Shown: positions 15,390 to 31,796 of the stretch, piece by piece
Layout of the letters: each line of letters begins with the position of its first letter
How positions within the stretch are numbered: position 1 is the stretch's first letter
Assembly: GCA_964016885.1 (NCBI GenBank)
Contig: OZ024743.1
Location: forward strand, 329,716,001 to 329,780,000
DNA: 64,000 nucleotides
Origin: Eledone cirrhosa
Lineage: Eukaryota
Reading direction: 5' to 3'
Made by a program: the position numbers and the translations under genes
Notes under the pieces: model-generated
Told to the model about the DNA's origin: nothing
The model's input: only the letters and a program-made list of their open reading frames with translations
Database searches by the model: none

Positions 15390-15589
15390 NNNNNNNNNNN
15401 NNNNNNNNNNNNNNNNNNNNNNNNNNNNNNNNNNNNNNNNNNNNNNNNNNNNNNNNNNNNNNNNNNNNNNNNNNNNNNNNNNNNNNNNNNNNNNNNNNNN
15501 NNNNNNNNNNNNNNNNNNNNNNNNNNNNNNNNNNNNNNNNNNNNNNNNNNNNNNNNNNNNNNNNNNNNNNNNNNNNNNNNNNNNNNNNN
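15390..15589. other. Assembly gap (200 N)
   Basis: Run of n. Confidence 1.
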
Positions 15590-18440
15590 AAACACACACA
15601 CAGACAAACACACATACAGATAAACACACACACAGACAAACACACATACAGATAAACACACACACAGACAAACACACATACAGACAAACACACACACAGA
15701 CAAACACACATACAGACAAACACACACACAGACAAACACACATACAGACAAACACACACACAGACAAACACACACACAGATAAACACACACACAGACAAA
15801 CACACATACAGACAAACACACACACAGACAAACACACATACAGACAAACACACACACAGACAAACACACATACAGACAAACACACACACAGACAAACACA
15901 CACACATACAAACACACACACATACAAACACACTGACAGACAAACACACACAAAATACAATAATAGAAAGTGTATATTGTTCACATAAACACACACACTG
16001 ATAGACACCACTTACACACACACGCACTCTACGCACACATATACACACCATACACACAGACACACACACACTTTACACACTCTACACACACAACACCGAC
16101 ATACACCCCACACACACACAGACACCGACAGACACACTCTACACATATCGACTAACACAGCACGCACACACACAGTTACATACACACACACACGCACCGT
16201 GACACACACACACACAGTGACACACACACGCACACAGTTACATACACACACACACACACACACAGTGATACAAACACAGTAACACACACACACAGTGATA
16301 CACACACAGTGACACACACACAGTGACACACACACATACAGTGATACACACACAGTAACACATACACAGTGATACACACACAGTAACACACATACACACA
16401 CACGCACAGTGATACACACAGTGATACACACACAGTGACACACACACAGTAATACACACAGTGACACACATACACACGTAGTGACACACACACAGTGATA
16501 CACCCAGTGACACACACACACACACACGTAGTGATACACACACAGTGATACACACAGTGACACACACACACACACACGTAGTGATACACACACAGTGATA
16601 CACACAGTGATACACACAGTGACACACACACACACACACGTAGTGATACACACACAGTGATACACACAGTGACACACACACACACACACGTAGTGATACA
16701 CACACAGTGATACACACAGTGATACACACAGTGACACACACACACACACACGTAGTGATACACACACAGCGATACACGCAGTGACACACACACAAACACA
16801 TACGTAGTGACACACACATAGTAATACATGCAGTGACACATCACACAGTGACACACACACACGCAGTGACACACTCAGTGATACACACAGTGACACACAC
16901 ACAGTAATACACACAGTGACACACACACAGTAATAGACACAGTGACACACACACACACACGTAGTGACACACACATAGTAATACACACAGTGGTATACAC
17001 ACACAGTGACACACACACACAGTGACATTCACACACGTAGTGACGCACACACAGTGACACACACACACAATGACGCACACACACATTAACACACACGCAC
17101 ACACATATAGTGCTACACACACAGTGACACACACACACAGTGACACACACAGACATCAACAGACCCTACACATACAATGACACACACTCACACAGTGACA
17201 CACGCACCGGCATTGACAGCCCTCCCACGTACATACAATGACACACACACAAACACACAATGAGACACACACACATAATGACACACACACACATACACAA
17301 TGACACACACACACACACAATGACACACACATAATGACACATACATACAATGACACACACACACAATGACACACACACATAATGACACACACACACACAC
17401 ACACAATGACACACACACACACAATGACACACACATACAATGACACACACACACCCAATGGCACACCCACACACAATGACACACACATACACACACAATG
17501 ACACACACACACACAATGACACACACACACACACAATGACACACACACACAATGACACACACACATACAATGACACACACACATACAATGACACACACAC
17601 AACGACACACACATACACAATGACACACACACACAATGACATACACACACAACCTCACATACACACACATACAATGACACACACACACACAATGACACAC
17701 ACATAATGACACATACATACAATGACACACTCACATAATGACACACACATACAATGACACACTCACACAATGACACACACACACAATGACACACACATAC
17801 AATGACACACACACATACAATGACACACACACAACGACACACACATACACAATGACACACACACACAATGACATACACACACAACCTCACACACACACAA
17901 TGACACATACATACAATGACACACACACACACACAATGACACACACACACAATGACACAGACACACAGAGAAAGCAGCACACATGTACGCAACTAATAAG
18001 TCGTATAATGTCTGGTTATATGAATAGCCATAATTCAAAAGCCAGAACGGTTGAGACGGAGGGGTGGAGTAGGCAGCACGGCACGGCACCTCTATACTAT
18101 CATAGCATACAGACATATTAAATATTCATTACATGTCTCTCTCTCTCTCTTTCTCCTGTCCTTTATCTTTCTGCTCCACCCCTCTCTCTCTCCCTCTCCG
18201 TCCCTCACTCTCTCTGTTCCCTCCTCTCCCTCTCTCTTTCTCTCTCGCCCTCCTATCTCTCTCTCCCTCCTATCTCTCTCCTGTCCTTTATCTCTCTGCT
18301 CCCCCTCTCTCTCTGTGTCTTTCATACACTCTCTCTCTCCGTCTCTCTCTCTCCTGTCCTTTATCTCTTTGTTCCCGCCTCTTTCTCTCTCCCTCCCTGC
18401 TTTATCTCTCCTTCCATTATCTCTCTGTCGCTTCCCGTCA
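15590..18440 (+). repeat. ~2.85-kb near-identical direct duplicate of ~12600-15389
   Basis: Unique anchors recur with ~3.0-kb offset (aatacaataatagaaagtg 12950/15955; gccagaacggttgagacgg 14990/18041); first copy ends exactly at the gap. Confidence 0.9.
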
Positions 18441-18458
18441 CACACAAGCACACACATG

Positions 18459-18491
<33 letters not shown>

Positions 18492-18517
18492 TCTCTCTCT
18501 CGCTCTCGCTCTCTCTC

Positions 18518-18603
<86 letters not shown>

Positions 18604-20344
18604 CTCGCTCTCTCTCTCTCTCTCTCTCTCTGCGCATGCACATTAAAATTATCAAAACATCATTTCGTCTTTTGTATGTGTCGGGATAAGAAGATTTTGT
18701 TTTGACCAGCTTCGTAAGAATTATTCTCCTGAGAGATATTTCACAGAAGACAGACCGCCATGTTAACTTCATACAGACAAAAAGCATAACGACTTTCAGT
18801 GAGACAATAAATTAATAAACTTCTCTGAGAGAAGCAATATTTTGTTTGTAGAACGTGACAATGTTATACGGCCAAATTCCATTCCATGGTAGCGGTCGCT
18901 TTTAAAACCTCCGTTGTCCTTGGTCTCTGTATTGTGGATCTCCTTTCTCATCAAATCAGGATAACAGCATCAAACTTGAGAAAAGAAAGCTCTGCTAGGT
19001 AATATGGCCGGTGCAGCGGATATCGCCTGCTGTTCTTCATGATAATGTATTTGCCATATTGTGCGCTGAAGTGTAGCAAAAATATGCTGTTATACCTGAA
19101 TCTGTGGAGTCTAGTGTTTTTGTTTTGTGTGAATATTTTCATCGTTATTCTTTAGAAATTAAGACAATATTTCCGTATTTGATTTTAAAATTTGTATTTA
19201 ATAACATAGAGTTTTAGGATATGATAAATGCTTGATTATATTATCTTGCTCCCATAACAACGCAAAGCCGGATGTATAACTGGTATACACCTCCGGAACC
19301 ATGCAAGTAAAATTATTTTTAGCTATTGTTATTACATATTATCTGGAAAGAAGGTGGAGGACTCCGCCAGGTTTTCAAAAATGCCATAGAAACGCCTTAT
19401 ATCAATATGGCGTCCTTTCAACTCCACCATGAGTTACTTGACCATCCATGCATGAATCCATTAGTTATTAATACTCATGTCAATGTGGAAGCATCTATAT
19501 AGTTGTTCATTTATCAAGAAATAGCAGCCAAATCTTTCTTGAATTATAGTTGATCGTGTTAAATATGGAGAGGACACTTTAAATAATGTATTCTTACATT
19601 AACAAAAACTTAACAGGCGGATGGTCTCGGGAGGCTTATAATCCACCATGGCTGACTTTAGACGATGCAACAAGATGACGAGGAACAACAACGACAGAAA
19701 TAGCAACATATGGATCCAACTTAACATTATTTAGCGTATCATTCTATCTTTACCGTTCTTTCTTTTGTTTTCTTCCTTCTTCAAAGAATGTTAACAGTCA
19801 GCTTATTTCGAAATGAGATCATCAGTTATTCCAAGAACATATTTCAGCTTCAGAAAGCAGCGCCCTCTTATGGTTAATTGTTCTAACTGTTTTAACAAAC
19901 AGTCTTACTCGATGTTTTTAATAAAATGTCATTTCATTCATGACGTCACCTTTATAATTTAGCATCAGAATATTTCTGACGGCCTTTTATGGATAGTCTT
20001 TAGTGTGTTCTGATTAGAGTTGTATGACGTAATAAAAAGTAGACGAGAGAGAGCGCGAGAGAGCGAGAGAGAAACAAAGCAAAAAACAAAGAAAGCGAGA
20101 GAGAGAGAAGGGGGGAGAGGGAGAGAGAGAGAGAGAGGGGGGGGGCTTTTGAGGGAGAATTAACAATACAACTTCCCAGTTTTTATTCTGTGATGTAAAG
20201 CCCCTACCTGAGTCATTTGAACTAGCTTGACCCATAGAAATATAGGTAGACCAACGGATTATCTGTTTACCAGACTAAATAGGGGTTCAATAGAAACATC
20301 ATGAACATGGAAATCCCCTCCTCATACCTAAACTATAATCATGA

Positions 20345-20800
20345 TTTCTACTATAAGCACAAGGCCAACAATTTGTGTGAATAAGAAGTCGATTAAATCG
20401 ATCTCAGTGCATTACTGGTACTTTATTTTATCGACCCCGTAAGGATGAAAGGCAAAGTTAACCTCGGCAGGATTTGAACTCAGATCGTAAATGGCTGTAA
20501 CTCTTTGCCATAAAATATGTTGTCCGACGCTCTACCGATACTGCTAATCCACCGCCCTAAACTATAATCAGTGTAGAGGAAGTTGATTACATCAACCCCC
20601 AATACTTTACTAGTACTTTATTACATCAACCCCCAATACTTTACTAGTACTTTATTACATCAACCCCCAATACTTTACTAGTACTTTATTACATCAAGCC
20701 CAAAAGAATGAAAGCAAAATCTGACCTCTTTGAACTCAAAACTTTAAGAGCAGGAACAAATGCCACAGCATTTTTTTATCCGACGCTCTAACGATTCTGC
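20345..20800 (-). mobile_element. Two SINE family 2 copies, the second with an internal 34-bp x3 tandem
   Basis: cgaccccgtaaggatgaaaggcaaagttaacctcggcaggatttgaactcag; 34-bp unit attacatcaacccccaatactttactagtacttt from ~20586. Confidence 0.7.
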
Positions 20801-21214
20801 CATTCGACCTGAACTAGATTTGCTCCCTGAACTAGATTGTGTATGTCACATACACGTCTACACTTAAAATAATTTCCAGGGAGAGTCAGCGTGATGCTAT
20901 GTGGGATAAAACTCGACCGTTGAATTACAAGTATAACCCATCCAAGCAGGTTTAACAATTTCCCTCTAACTAAATACATTCAAATAGTTTGGGCCAATCC
21001 GACACTGTATTGTGACTTCGAAGCTAATTTCTGCAGAAATTGAAAGAAGACACTGTCAATTGCATACACAGAAATAGAGATGATGGGCTTACAATTCAAT
21101 TAGAATGCACTTTCGCGTTAATAATTTAGAAAGAGCCGAACACGCATTGTCATCGCCTCCATCACTCCCCCCTTCCATCTCTCTGTATTATGAGCAAATG
21201 GGGTCCCATGTGCT

Positions 21215-21446
21215 GGTCGCCCGACGGCCCCGGCGAACAAAATGGAGAAGGCGTTTCCCCGGAGGATGGTAAGTGAGATGCGCTGGAAGAGCCATTCTAT
21301 CTCGCGAGACTTATACCTGCGGCTAGACAGCTCAGCCTTTATGGTGGTAAGTAGGGAAGTAGCCCTAGGGCCAAGGACACCAGAAGACTCCACTGCTAAA
21401 GGCACTACCGCAAAACTGTCGGCGAGCGACCGATACTTAACCACTC
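21215..21446 (-). mobile_element. CRE-like non-LTR RLE C-terminal fragment
   Basis: KYRSLADSFAVVPLAVESSGVLGP...WLFQRISLTILRGNA. Confidence 0.75.
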
Positions 21447-21863
21447 ACTAAGTGGACTGAAGTGTTAATGTTGATGACTAAATGAAAACATCCGCGTAAG
21501 AACACAAGCTTTCTAATAGACATTCTAATAGATGGAAGGAGAAAGGACTGTAACAACACAAATTGAACTTCAGCAGGATTGGAACTCAGAGCACGGAAAG
21601 CCGGACCAAATATTCCAGGCTTTTACCACTGCTTAATCGAACGAACTTTTTCCAAATTTGATATTCGTAGTGGTTCAGTCACACATTTATTCATCTTCGG
21701 TGAACATAGCCTTGATCAGCAGGCGTTGATATCATCAAACGGTGTATCGATGTAACACCCTCTCGTTGGTAGGTCTGCAGGGCTGGCCAAATTACTGCCC
21801 ATCTTCACCTCCTGGCTTCCAGCTTATGTCCTCTCTCCTGCTCCAAAACCAACATGAGGCTCT

Positions 21864-21956
<93 letters not shown>

Positions 21957-21959
21957 GGA

Positions 21960-22155
21960 GTGATGGACCCCTAGCATTTGTCAGGGCATTCTTCTAGGAG
22001 AAGGCAACTCAGGAAACTAAGATAACTCTGACATAAAACCTGCGGCTCAGTAGTTACCGATGGTGTTGATCTTTTCTTCTTTTCGGGTTATAGCAACTGT
22101 CTCTCAGAGAGTGGGATTGGCTCAGTGCACAGTCTTTCCTCACTCTAAAAAAATC
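21960..22155 (+). mobile_element. RTE-5'UTR-like dispersed repeat
   Basis: ttctaggagaaggcaactc motif; reverse complement agagttttccttctcctagaa at ~11610. Confidence 0.4.
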
Positions 22156-22644
22156 TTCAAGCACAGACATTGCATGATACCATTAATTGATAATTATTAC
22201 TAATGTTATATCGTGCAATGGCCATATCGATAACGAGGGGGCAGCCATCATGTATGTATGTATGTATGTATGTATGTATGTATGTATGTATGTATGTATG
22301 TATGTATGTATGTATGTATGTATGTATGTATATATAGGACGGGAGGCTATCGTGTCTAAGGTGACACGTAGTGGCTCTGACATCGAAACCAAGCGGTTGT
22401 GAAGTGAACATTTTAATCACACAGCCTGCGCCTATAAATAGGCCATATTTAAAAATCACTGAAGTTCGTTTTCCGTCCAGGCCATCGAGATTTACGTAGT
22501 CAATCAATTATTGTGAAGTCGAATGGTTAAGAGATTTGTTTCACAATAAATTGGTCCAGAGTTCCATCACATTGCTTGTTATTTTGGGAAATTGCCATTT
22601 ACCATAGCCCGTGTTACATCTTATACCTTGTGAGTGAAATTAAG

Positions 22645-23020
22645 TACTCCCAAGTCCCCAATAAAAGCGGGGTGTTGGAATAAGCCGGGGGGAGGGTCAT
22701 AATGTTTCTAGGTTATCTCCGCTGATTTAAAAAAAACAAACAGAATTAGTCGTTTAGTTTACATATTGAGATCCCAACCCATCCTATTTATTTTATAACG
22801 TATGGGATTTCTAGTAATGTACTTTTTTGTCATGTATAACGTTTTTTTAATGTAGAAAGAAAATTAATTGTCGCATGAATGCTACAACTTAAAATAAAAT
22901 TTCGATGGAGATAGATAGCAAAATTTAATAAGCGGGGGTGGAATAAAGGCGTGGGTTGTAATAAATCTGGAAAATTAATAAGCGCAGGGACAGCGGGACT
23001 ATTATTCGAGACCCGAAAGT
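22645..23020. mobile_element. Decayed MITE with imperfect TIRs and internal aataagcgggg repeats
   Basis: tactcccaagtccccaataa versus ttattcgagacccgaaagt; internal motif recurs at ~53030-53115. Confidence 0.45.
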
Positions 23021-23504
23021 CGACGGAAATTGTTTGGAAGCCTGTCAGATGGATAGTACTGTAATTCAAAGGGTAGATCTTGTCACGCTGAATCATCCCG
23101 GGAATTATGTCAAGGGTACACGTGTCTGTGGAATGTTTACTCACTTATGCGTTAATTTCATGAGCAGGCTGTATCGTTGATCCAACAAATAGAACACTCA
23201 TCGTCGAAACTGACGGAAGTTCATCAAGTCATTCTGACATAATTCCTGTCGAGAGTACTTCAGGTGATCAATGTGATAAAGACTTTAATTAAAAGTTATT
23301 AAGGTAGTGTCTTTGCTGTTGATATTGTTGTTTTAGTTTAACAGCAGTGCTATTCTAACATGTTTTATGCCATAGTATCTGCAGTCTACGCTGTAATTAC
23401 GAGATCTGTCTACCTGGTTAGTGTTAGCCATTGTAGTTAAGATAGACTGCACAATATCTTAGGATCTAACTTATCCACGGGTTAGGGTTAGGTTTTGTCG
23501 TACA

Positions 23505-26500
23505 GGTAGACCACATGACCAGGTAGACCACACACTAAACTGTAAATGACCAGGTAGACCACACACTAAACTGTAAATGACCAGGTAGACCACACACTGA
23601 ACTGTAAATGACCAGATAGACCACACACTAAACTGTAAATGACCAGGTAGATCACACACTAAACTGTAAATAACCAGGTAGACCACACACTAAACTGTAA
23701 ATGACCAGGTAGACCACACACTGGACTGTAAATGATCAGGTAGACCACACACTAAACTGTAAATGACCAGGTAGAACACACACTGAACTGTAAATGACCA
23801 GGTAGACCACACACTAAACTGTAAATGACCATGTAGACCACACACTGTACTGTAAATGACCAGGTAGACCACACACTGTACTGTAAATGACCAGGTAGAC
23901 CACACACTGAACTGTAAATGACCAGGTAGACCACACACTAAACTGTAAATAACCAGGTAGACCACACACTAAACTGTAAATGACCAGGTAGACCACACAC
24001 TGTACTGTAAATGACCAGGTAGACCACACACTGAACTGTAAATGACCAGGTAGACCACACACTAAACTGTAAATAACCAGGTAGACCACACACTAAACTG
24101 TAAATGACCAGGTAGACCACACACTGTACTGTAAATGACCAGGTAGACCACACACTGAACTGTAAATGACCAGGTAGACCACACACTGGACTGTAAATGA
24201 TCAGGTAGACCACACACTAAACTGTAAATGACCAGGTAGACCACACACTGTACTGTAAGTGACCAGATAGACCACACACTGAACTGTAAATGACCAGGTA
24301 GACCAGACACTAAACTGTAAATAAGCAGGTAGACCACACACTAAACTGTAAATGACCAGGTAGAACACACACTGGACTGTAAATGATCAGGTAGACCACA
24401 CACTAAACTGTAAATGACCAGGTAACCACACACTAAACTGTAAATGACCAGGTAGACCACACACTGGACTGTAAATGACCAGGTAGATGACACACTGAAC
24501 TGTAAAAAACCAGGTAGGCCACACACTGAACTGTAAATGACCAGGTAGACCACACACTGGACTGTAAATGACCAGGTAGACGACACACTGAACTGTAAAT
24601 GACCAGGTAGACCACACACTGAACTGTAAATGACCAGGTAGAACACACACTGAACTGTAAATGACCAGGTAGACCACACACTAAACTGTAAATGACCAGG
24701 TAGACCACACACTGGACTGTAAATAACTAGGTAGACCACACACTAAACTGTAAATAACTAGGTAGACCACACACTAAACTGTAAATGGCCAGTTAGACCA
24801 CACACTGTACTGTAAATGACCAGGTAGACCACACACTGTACTGTAAATGACCAGGTAGACCACACACTAAACTGTAAATAACCAGGTAGACCACACACTA
24901 AACTGTAAATGACAAGGTAGACCACACACTGTACTGTAAATGACCAGGTAGACCACACACTGGACTGTAAATGACCAGGTAGACCACACACTGAACTGTA
25001 AATGACCAGGTAGACCACACACTGTACTGTAAATGACCAGGTACACCACACACTGAACTGTAAATGACCAGGTAGACCACACACTGTACTGTAAATGACC
25101 AGGTAGACCACACACTAAACTGTAAATGACCAGGTAGACCACACACTGAACTTTAAATGACCAGGTAGACCACACACTGAACTGTAAATGACCAGGTAGA
25201 CCACACACTGAACTGTAAATGACCAGATAGACCACACACTGAACTGTAAATAACCAGGTAGACCACACACTGTACTGTAAATGACCAGGTAGACCACACA
25301 CTAAACTGTAAATGACCAGGTAGACCACACACTAAACTGTAAATGACCAGGTAGACCACACACTGTACTGTAAATGACCAGGTAAACCACACACTGTACT
25401 GTAAATGACCAGGTAGACCACACACTGTACTGTAGACCAGGTAGACCACACACTAAACTGTAAATGACCAGGTAGACCACACACTGAACTGTAAATGACC
25501 AGGTAGACCACACACTGTACTGTAAATGACCAGGTAGACCACACACTGTACTGTAAATGACCAGGTAAACCACACACTGAACTGTAAATGACCAGGTAGA
25601 CCACACACTGGACTGTAAATGACCAGGTAGACCACACACTGTACTGTAAGTGACCAGGTAGACCACACACTGGACTGTAAATGACCAGGTAGACCACACA
25701 CTGAACTGTAAATGACCAGGTAGACCACACACTGTACTGTAAATGACCAGGTAGACCACACACTGAACTGTAAATGACCAGGTAGACCACACACTAAACT
25801 GTAAATGACCAGGTACACCACACACTGTAGTGTAAGTGACCAGGTAGACCTCACACTAAACTGTAAATGACCACGTACACCACACACTGAACTGTAAATG
25901 ACCAGGTAGACCACACACTGTACTGTAAATTACCAGGTAGACCACACACTGTACTGTAAATTACCAGGTAGACCACACACTGTACTGTAAATGACCAGGT
26001 AGACCATACACTGTACTGTAAATTACCTGGTAGACCACACACTGTACTGTAAATTACCAGGTAGACCACACACTGTACTGTAAATGACCAGGTAGACCAC
26101 ACACTGTACTGTAAATGACCAGGTAGACCACACACTGTACTGTAAATTACCAGGTAGACCACACACTGTACTGTAAATGACCAGGTAGACCACACACTGT
26201 ACTGTAAATGACCAGGTAGACCACACACTGTACTGTAAATGACCAGGTAGACCACACACTGTACTGTAAATTACCAGGTAGACCACACACTGTACTGTAA
26301 ATGACCAGGTAGACCACACACTGTACTGTAAATGACCAGGTAGACCACACACTGTACTGTAAATGACCAGGTAGACCACACACTGTACTGTAAGTGACCA
26401 GGTAGACCACACACTGTACTGTAAGTGAACAGGTAGACCACACACTGTACTGTAAATGACCAGGTAGACCACACACTGTACTGTAAATGACCAGGTAGAC

Positions 26501-26905
26501 CACACACTGTACTGTAAATGACCAGGTAGACCACACACTGTACTGTAAATGACCAGGTAGACCACACACTGAACTGTAAATGACCAGGTGGACCATACAC
26601 TGTACTGTAAATGACCAGGTAGACCACACACTGTACTGTAAACGACTAGGTACACCACACACTGTACTGTAAATGACCAGGTAGACCACACACTGTACTG
26701 TAAGTGACCAGGTAGACCACACGTTGAACTACAAATGACCAGGTAGACCCCGTGCTGAATTGTACACAATCACGTAGAGCAGATGCTGAATTGTAAACAA
26801 CCAAGTTGACCACATGTTGAAATATAAACGACAAGGTAGACGTACGTTAAACTATAAATGACTAGATAGACCACACGCAGAATTATAAATGGCCATGTAG
26901 ACCAC
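23505..26905. repeat. 31-bp minisatellite, ~105-110 copies (gtagaccacacactNNactgtaaatgaccag)
   Basis: Regular 31-bp period; degenerate after ~26720. Confidence 0.97.
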
Positions 26906-27159
26906 AGCACCATTACTTTAGCGAACACCTCTCTCCTCTGCTAAATATATATAAATGAACTAATCAAAAGTAAGTAATTGATTTTGCATTTGCCACGTTG
27001 ATAATATCTTTAACTGTATTCTAAAGGAGGGCATTGGCTTCGTCTGTAATATAATATCTTCGTGCTTCTATAAATGTGTTGTATACAAGTTATCGTTGAG
27101 CCATATATATATATATATACATACATACACACATATATACATATATCATCATCATCATC

Positions 27160-27274
<115 letters not shown>

Positions 27275-27287
27275 TATATACATATAA

Positions 27288-27326
<39 letters not shown>

Positions 27327-27354
27327 CATACACACATATATACATATATCATCA

Positions 27355-27415
<61 letters not shown>

Positions 27416-27522
27416 TATATACATATATATATATATACATATATATATATACATATAAATATATATATATATATATATATACATACACACACACACACAT
27501 ATACATATATATATACATATGC

Positions 27523-27557
<35 letters not shown>

Positions 27558-27600
27558 TGTATGTATGTATGTATGAGTATATATGTATATATATATATGT

Positions 27601-27699
<99 letters not shown>

Positions 27700-28529
27700 T
27701 AAACGGCACCAGCACATAAAAGAATGATATCGATGCTATGTATAGGATGCAGGAATAATTTGACAAATCTGTTCATCACATGTTTTCTAGATTCCCGCTG
27801 TTACTTGCAAAATAGAATATATATACTCTGACATGTTAAAGCAGATGAATACACGCATTATATAAAAGAAACCACAGAAATTTTCACCATCCGAAACTGC
27901 AGAAATAACGAAGAATAGTTTCAGTGAAATAACTCAACATCTTCACAGTGCGTATTTATAGAGACATATTAGTTAACAAACCTCCTACCGCAGTCAAACA
28001 CTCACTGGTTACACATCACAATTATTCAGATACATGCATGTGAATGAATATATATAAACATACGTTCACTAAGACATACAAACAAAAAAATCGATGGATG
28101 TCCGTTGGTTTCGACGTTGATTGTTCCAGTTGTTCAAATCAATGGTACAGTCCACTATTAAAATGAACGTGTAAGTTGTCGCGCATTCCACAGACACGTG
28201 TATCCTTAATGTAATTCTCGGGGAAATTCGGGGTGACAGTGTGTGTGTGTAGCAAAGCTGGACGTTTGAAATACACGTACAGTTCGAACGAGAGGCCCCT
28301 AAATAGTTTCCATTTATCTAAATCCCTTCACAAGCCATGGGTCGACTCAAGACTATGGGAAATGTCACGTGCTCAAGATGCTATACAAAGGAATCGAACC
28401 CCGGTTCTAATGATTGTGAAGCGACCGTTAACTATTCGGCCATGATGCGTCACATCGCATCCATTAACCACACACTTTAAACGCACCACAATTATTCAAC
28501 TACATGCACGTGAACAGACAGAAATTTAT

Positions 28530-29268
28530 AATCACTCAGACACACACATATATAATCACTCAGACACACAAATATATATTCACTCAGACACACAAATATA
28601 TATTCACTCAGACACACATACAAATATATATTCACTCGGACACACATACAAATATATATTCACTCAGACACACATACAAATATATATTCACTCAGACACA
28701 CATACAAATATATATTCACTCAGACACACATGCAAATATATATTCACCCAGACACACATACAAATATATATTCACTCGGGCACACATACAAATATATATT
28801 CACTCGGACGCACATACAAATATATATTTACTCGGACACACATACAAATATATATTCACTCGGACACACATACAAATATATATTCAGTTGGACACACATA
28901 CAAATATATATTCACTCAGACACACATACAAATATAAATTCACTCAGACACACATACACATATATATTCACTCAGACACACATACAAATATATATTCACT
29001 CGGACACACATACACATATATATTCACTCAGACACACATACAAATATATATTCACTCAGACACACATACAAATATATATTCACTCGGGCACACATACAAA
29101 TATATATTCACTCGGACACACATACAAATATATATTCAGCCGGACGCACATACAAATATATAATCACTCAGACACACATACAAATATATATTCACTCAGA
29201 CACGCATACAAATATATATTCACTCAGACACACATACAAATATATATTCACTCAGACACACATACAAA
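28530..29268. repeat. 28-bp minisatellite (cactcagacacacatacaaatatatatt), ~26 copies
   Basis: Unit starts at 28633 and 28661 give a 28-bp period. Confidence 0.95.
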
Positions 29269-29746
29269 ATGCGAAAGAGACAATTATCAAAAGTAATAAA
29301 AAATAGAACAACCTCTACAATAAATATTCTCTGCATACGCTATATATTTGTAAAGAGATAGAAAGGGGAGTGTAAGGAATTTGATTGTAATTCGTGTTTA
29401 AAATAAGAACTAAATGCCCTGCAACTTTATCGATTGAAATGAATCGCTGAGTAGTCACAGTTACACTCTATAGTGTGCAATCATTAATTGGATCAAAGTG
29501 GAAATAGATAGGTTTTAAGACAGAAAATGGTGGCAAACTCCATTGGCGAAGCGATGGCGTGATGTGAGTGAATGTGGCGAAGAAGATCTAATGAGATAAG
29601 AATTGATAAACAGTGAAAAATGTGAACTGCAAGAAGGAAATTTATACTTTACAAATAAGGCTTTGTTTAGAGTCACATTCAGCTGTTAGATTAAACAAAG
29701 CATTGCATCTGTAATATATATAATATATACATACACACAGACACAC

Positions 29747-29822
<76 letters not shown>

Positions 29823-29832
29823 TGTGTGTGTG

Positions 29833-29968
<136 letters not shown>

Positions 29969-30677
29969 TATATATATAAAAAATATATATGAAAAATATT
30001 CGCCCGTGAGCTCTTACAGAAGTCACGAGCAGAAACCGAAGGAGCTCACGGTGGAATATTTTCTTCCCAAATATACAAACTCTACATCCTATTATTCATC
30101 GAGTACTCCTTTGATTAGGGGTCTTTCCGGTCTTACCATCGTAGAACGAAGGAATCTCCCTGTCTGTCTATCACAACATGCTCCTGGAGTTGAGGGCTGT
30201 TCTATCTACGGGGTATAAAACAACCCATTTGTAACGTCTCCCTCCTATTGGGGATTTCGATTCTTGAATTTGTATGTTGACATTTTTTACACGATTGTAT
30301 GTAAAATCCCCGCCATATGTCTTTGTAATGTCCCCTTTTCTTGTGCGCCCTTGTGGCAAATAAAGAAATATATCTATATCTATCTATATATATTAGAATG
30401 CAAATTAAGAATGGCAAGATAAACGCACCACATGCCGAAATAACGACATAACGAAAAAACGAAATAGGAATGTAAGACCAGAAAAAGAAGAGGCACAAAA
30501 AATCGATAGGCATTGAGGAGGTCACAGATTGATGAGACGAAAGATCTTCGACGGGAGAATAAAGATAAAGTGAGTTATATGATGCGTGTGTTCAATTGGC
30601 AAACTGACCATCCCCAAATTCAACAATATCGGTTTCAACACAAGAGTTCAAATCATGATTCTTGATAAGAATATATA

Positions 30678-31156
<479 letters not shown>

Positions 31157-31762
31157 GTAAAGTTTATATGCATTTTTACTTCAGACTTACATTTTAGACC
31201 TAGCTCCGTTTAATTGACTAAAAGGAAAGACTAGGTAAATCTCATCCGACAGAGGTAATGTCTGTGACATTTATCTGTTATTTCTTCAAAGTTACATTTT
31301 AAATTAGCTCCGTTTAAATAATTATTTATCTAGTTAATTTCTACGGACTAAGGAGGAGAAAAATTGGATATATGTTGTCTGATTGTTCTTCAAACTTATA
31401 AATTTTATATATATATATATAATTATGTAATAAACAACATAAGATAATTATTTCATTTACCAGTGGTTTCTTGAAAGCAACCAAAATTGCTTTCATTCAT
31501 CAGAATGAAAAAATCCTGGTGTCTTTATTGACAGTGGATTTGAAAAACAAAAATATAACAGATATGAAAGTGAGGCTGGAGGAAAAAAAGGGTGGGTGGG
31601 TGGGGTGGTGTTAAAGAATAATAAATAAGAATATATAACAACACACACGTACGCACACACACGCACACACACTCACATATACACACATATATACATATAT
31701 ATATACACATATACACGCATATATACACATATATATACACAGAGACACATATACACACACAT

Positions 31763-31796
<34 letters not shown>

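Noticed and set aside
23478-23494. Telomeric (TTAGGG)-like motif before the minisatellite
   Set aside because: Only about two units; compatible with chance
23505-26905. CRISPR-like array or repetitive protein (GLPGHLQ ORFs)
   Set aside because: Head-to-tail units with no unique spacers, no cas genes, and a 31-bp period that is not a codon multiple
30528-30553. ttgatgagacgaaagatct as a hammerhead
   Set aside because: No room for stem II, unpaired U3/G8, and no stem I
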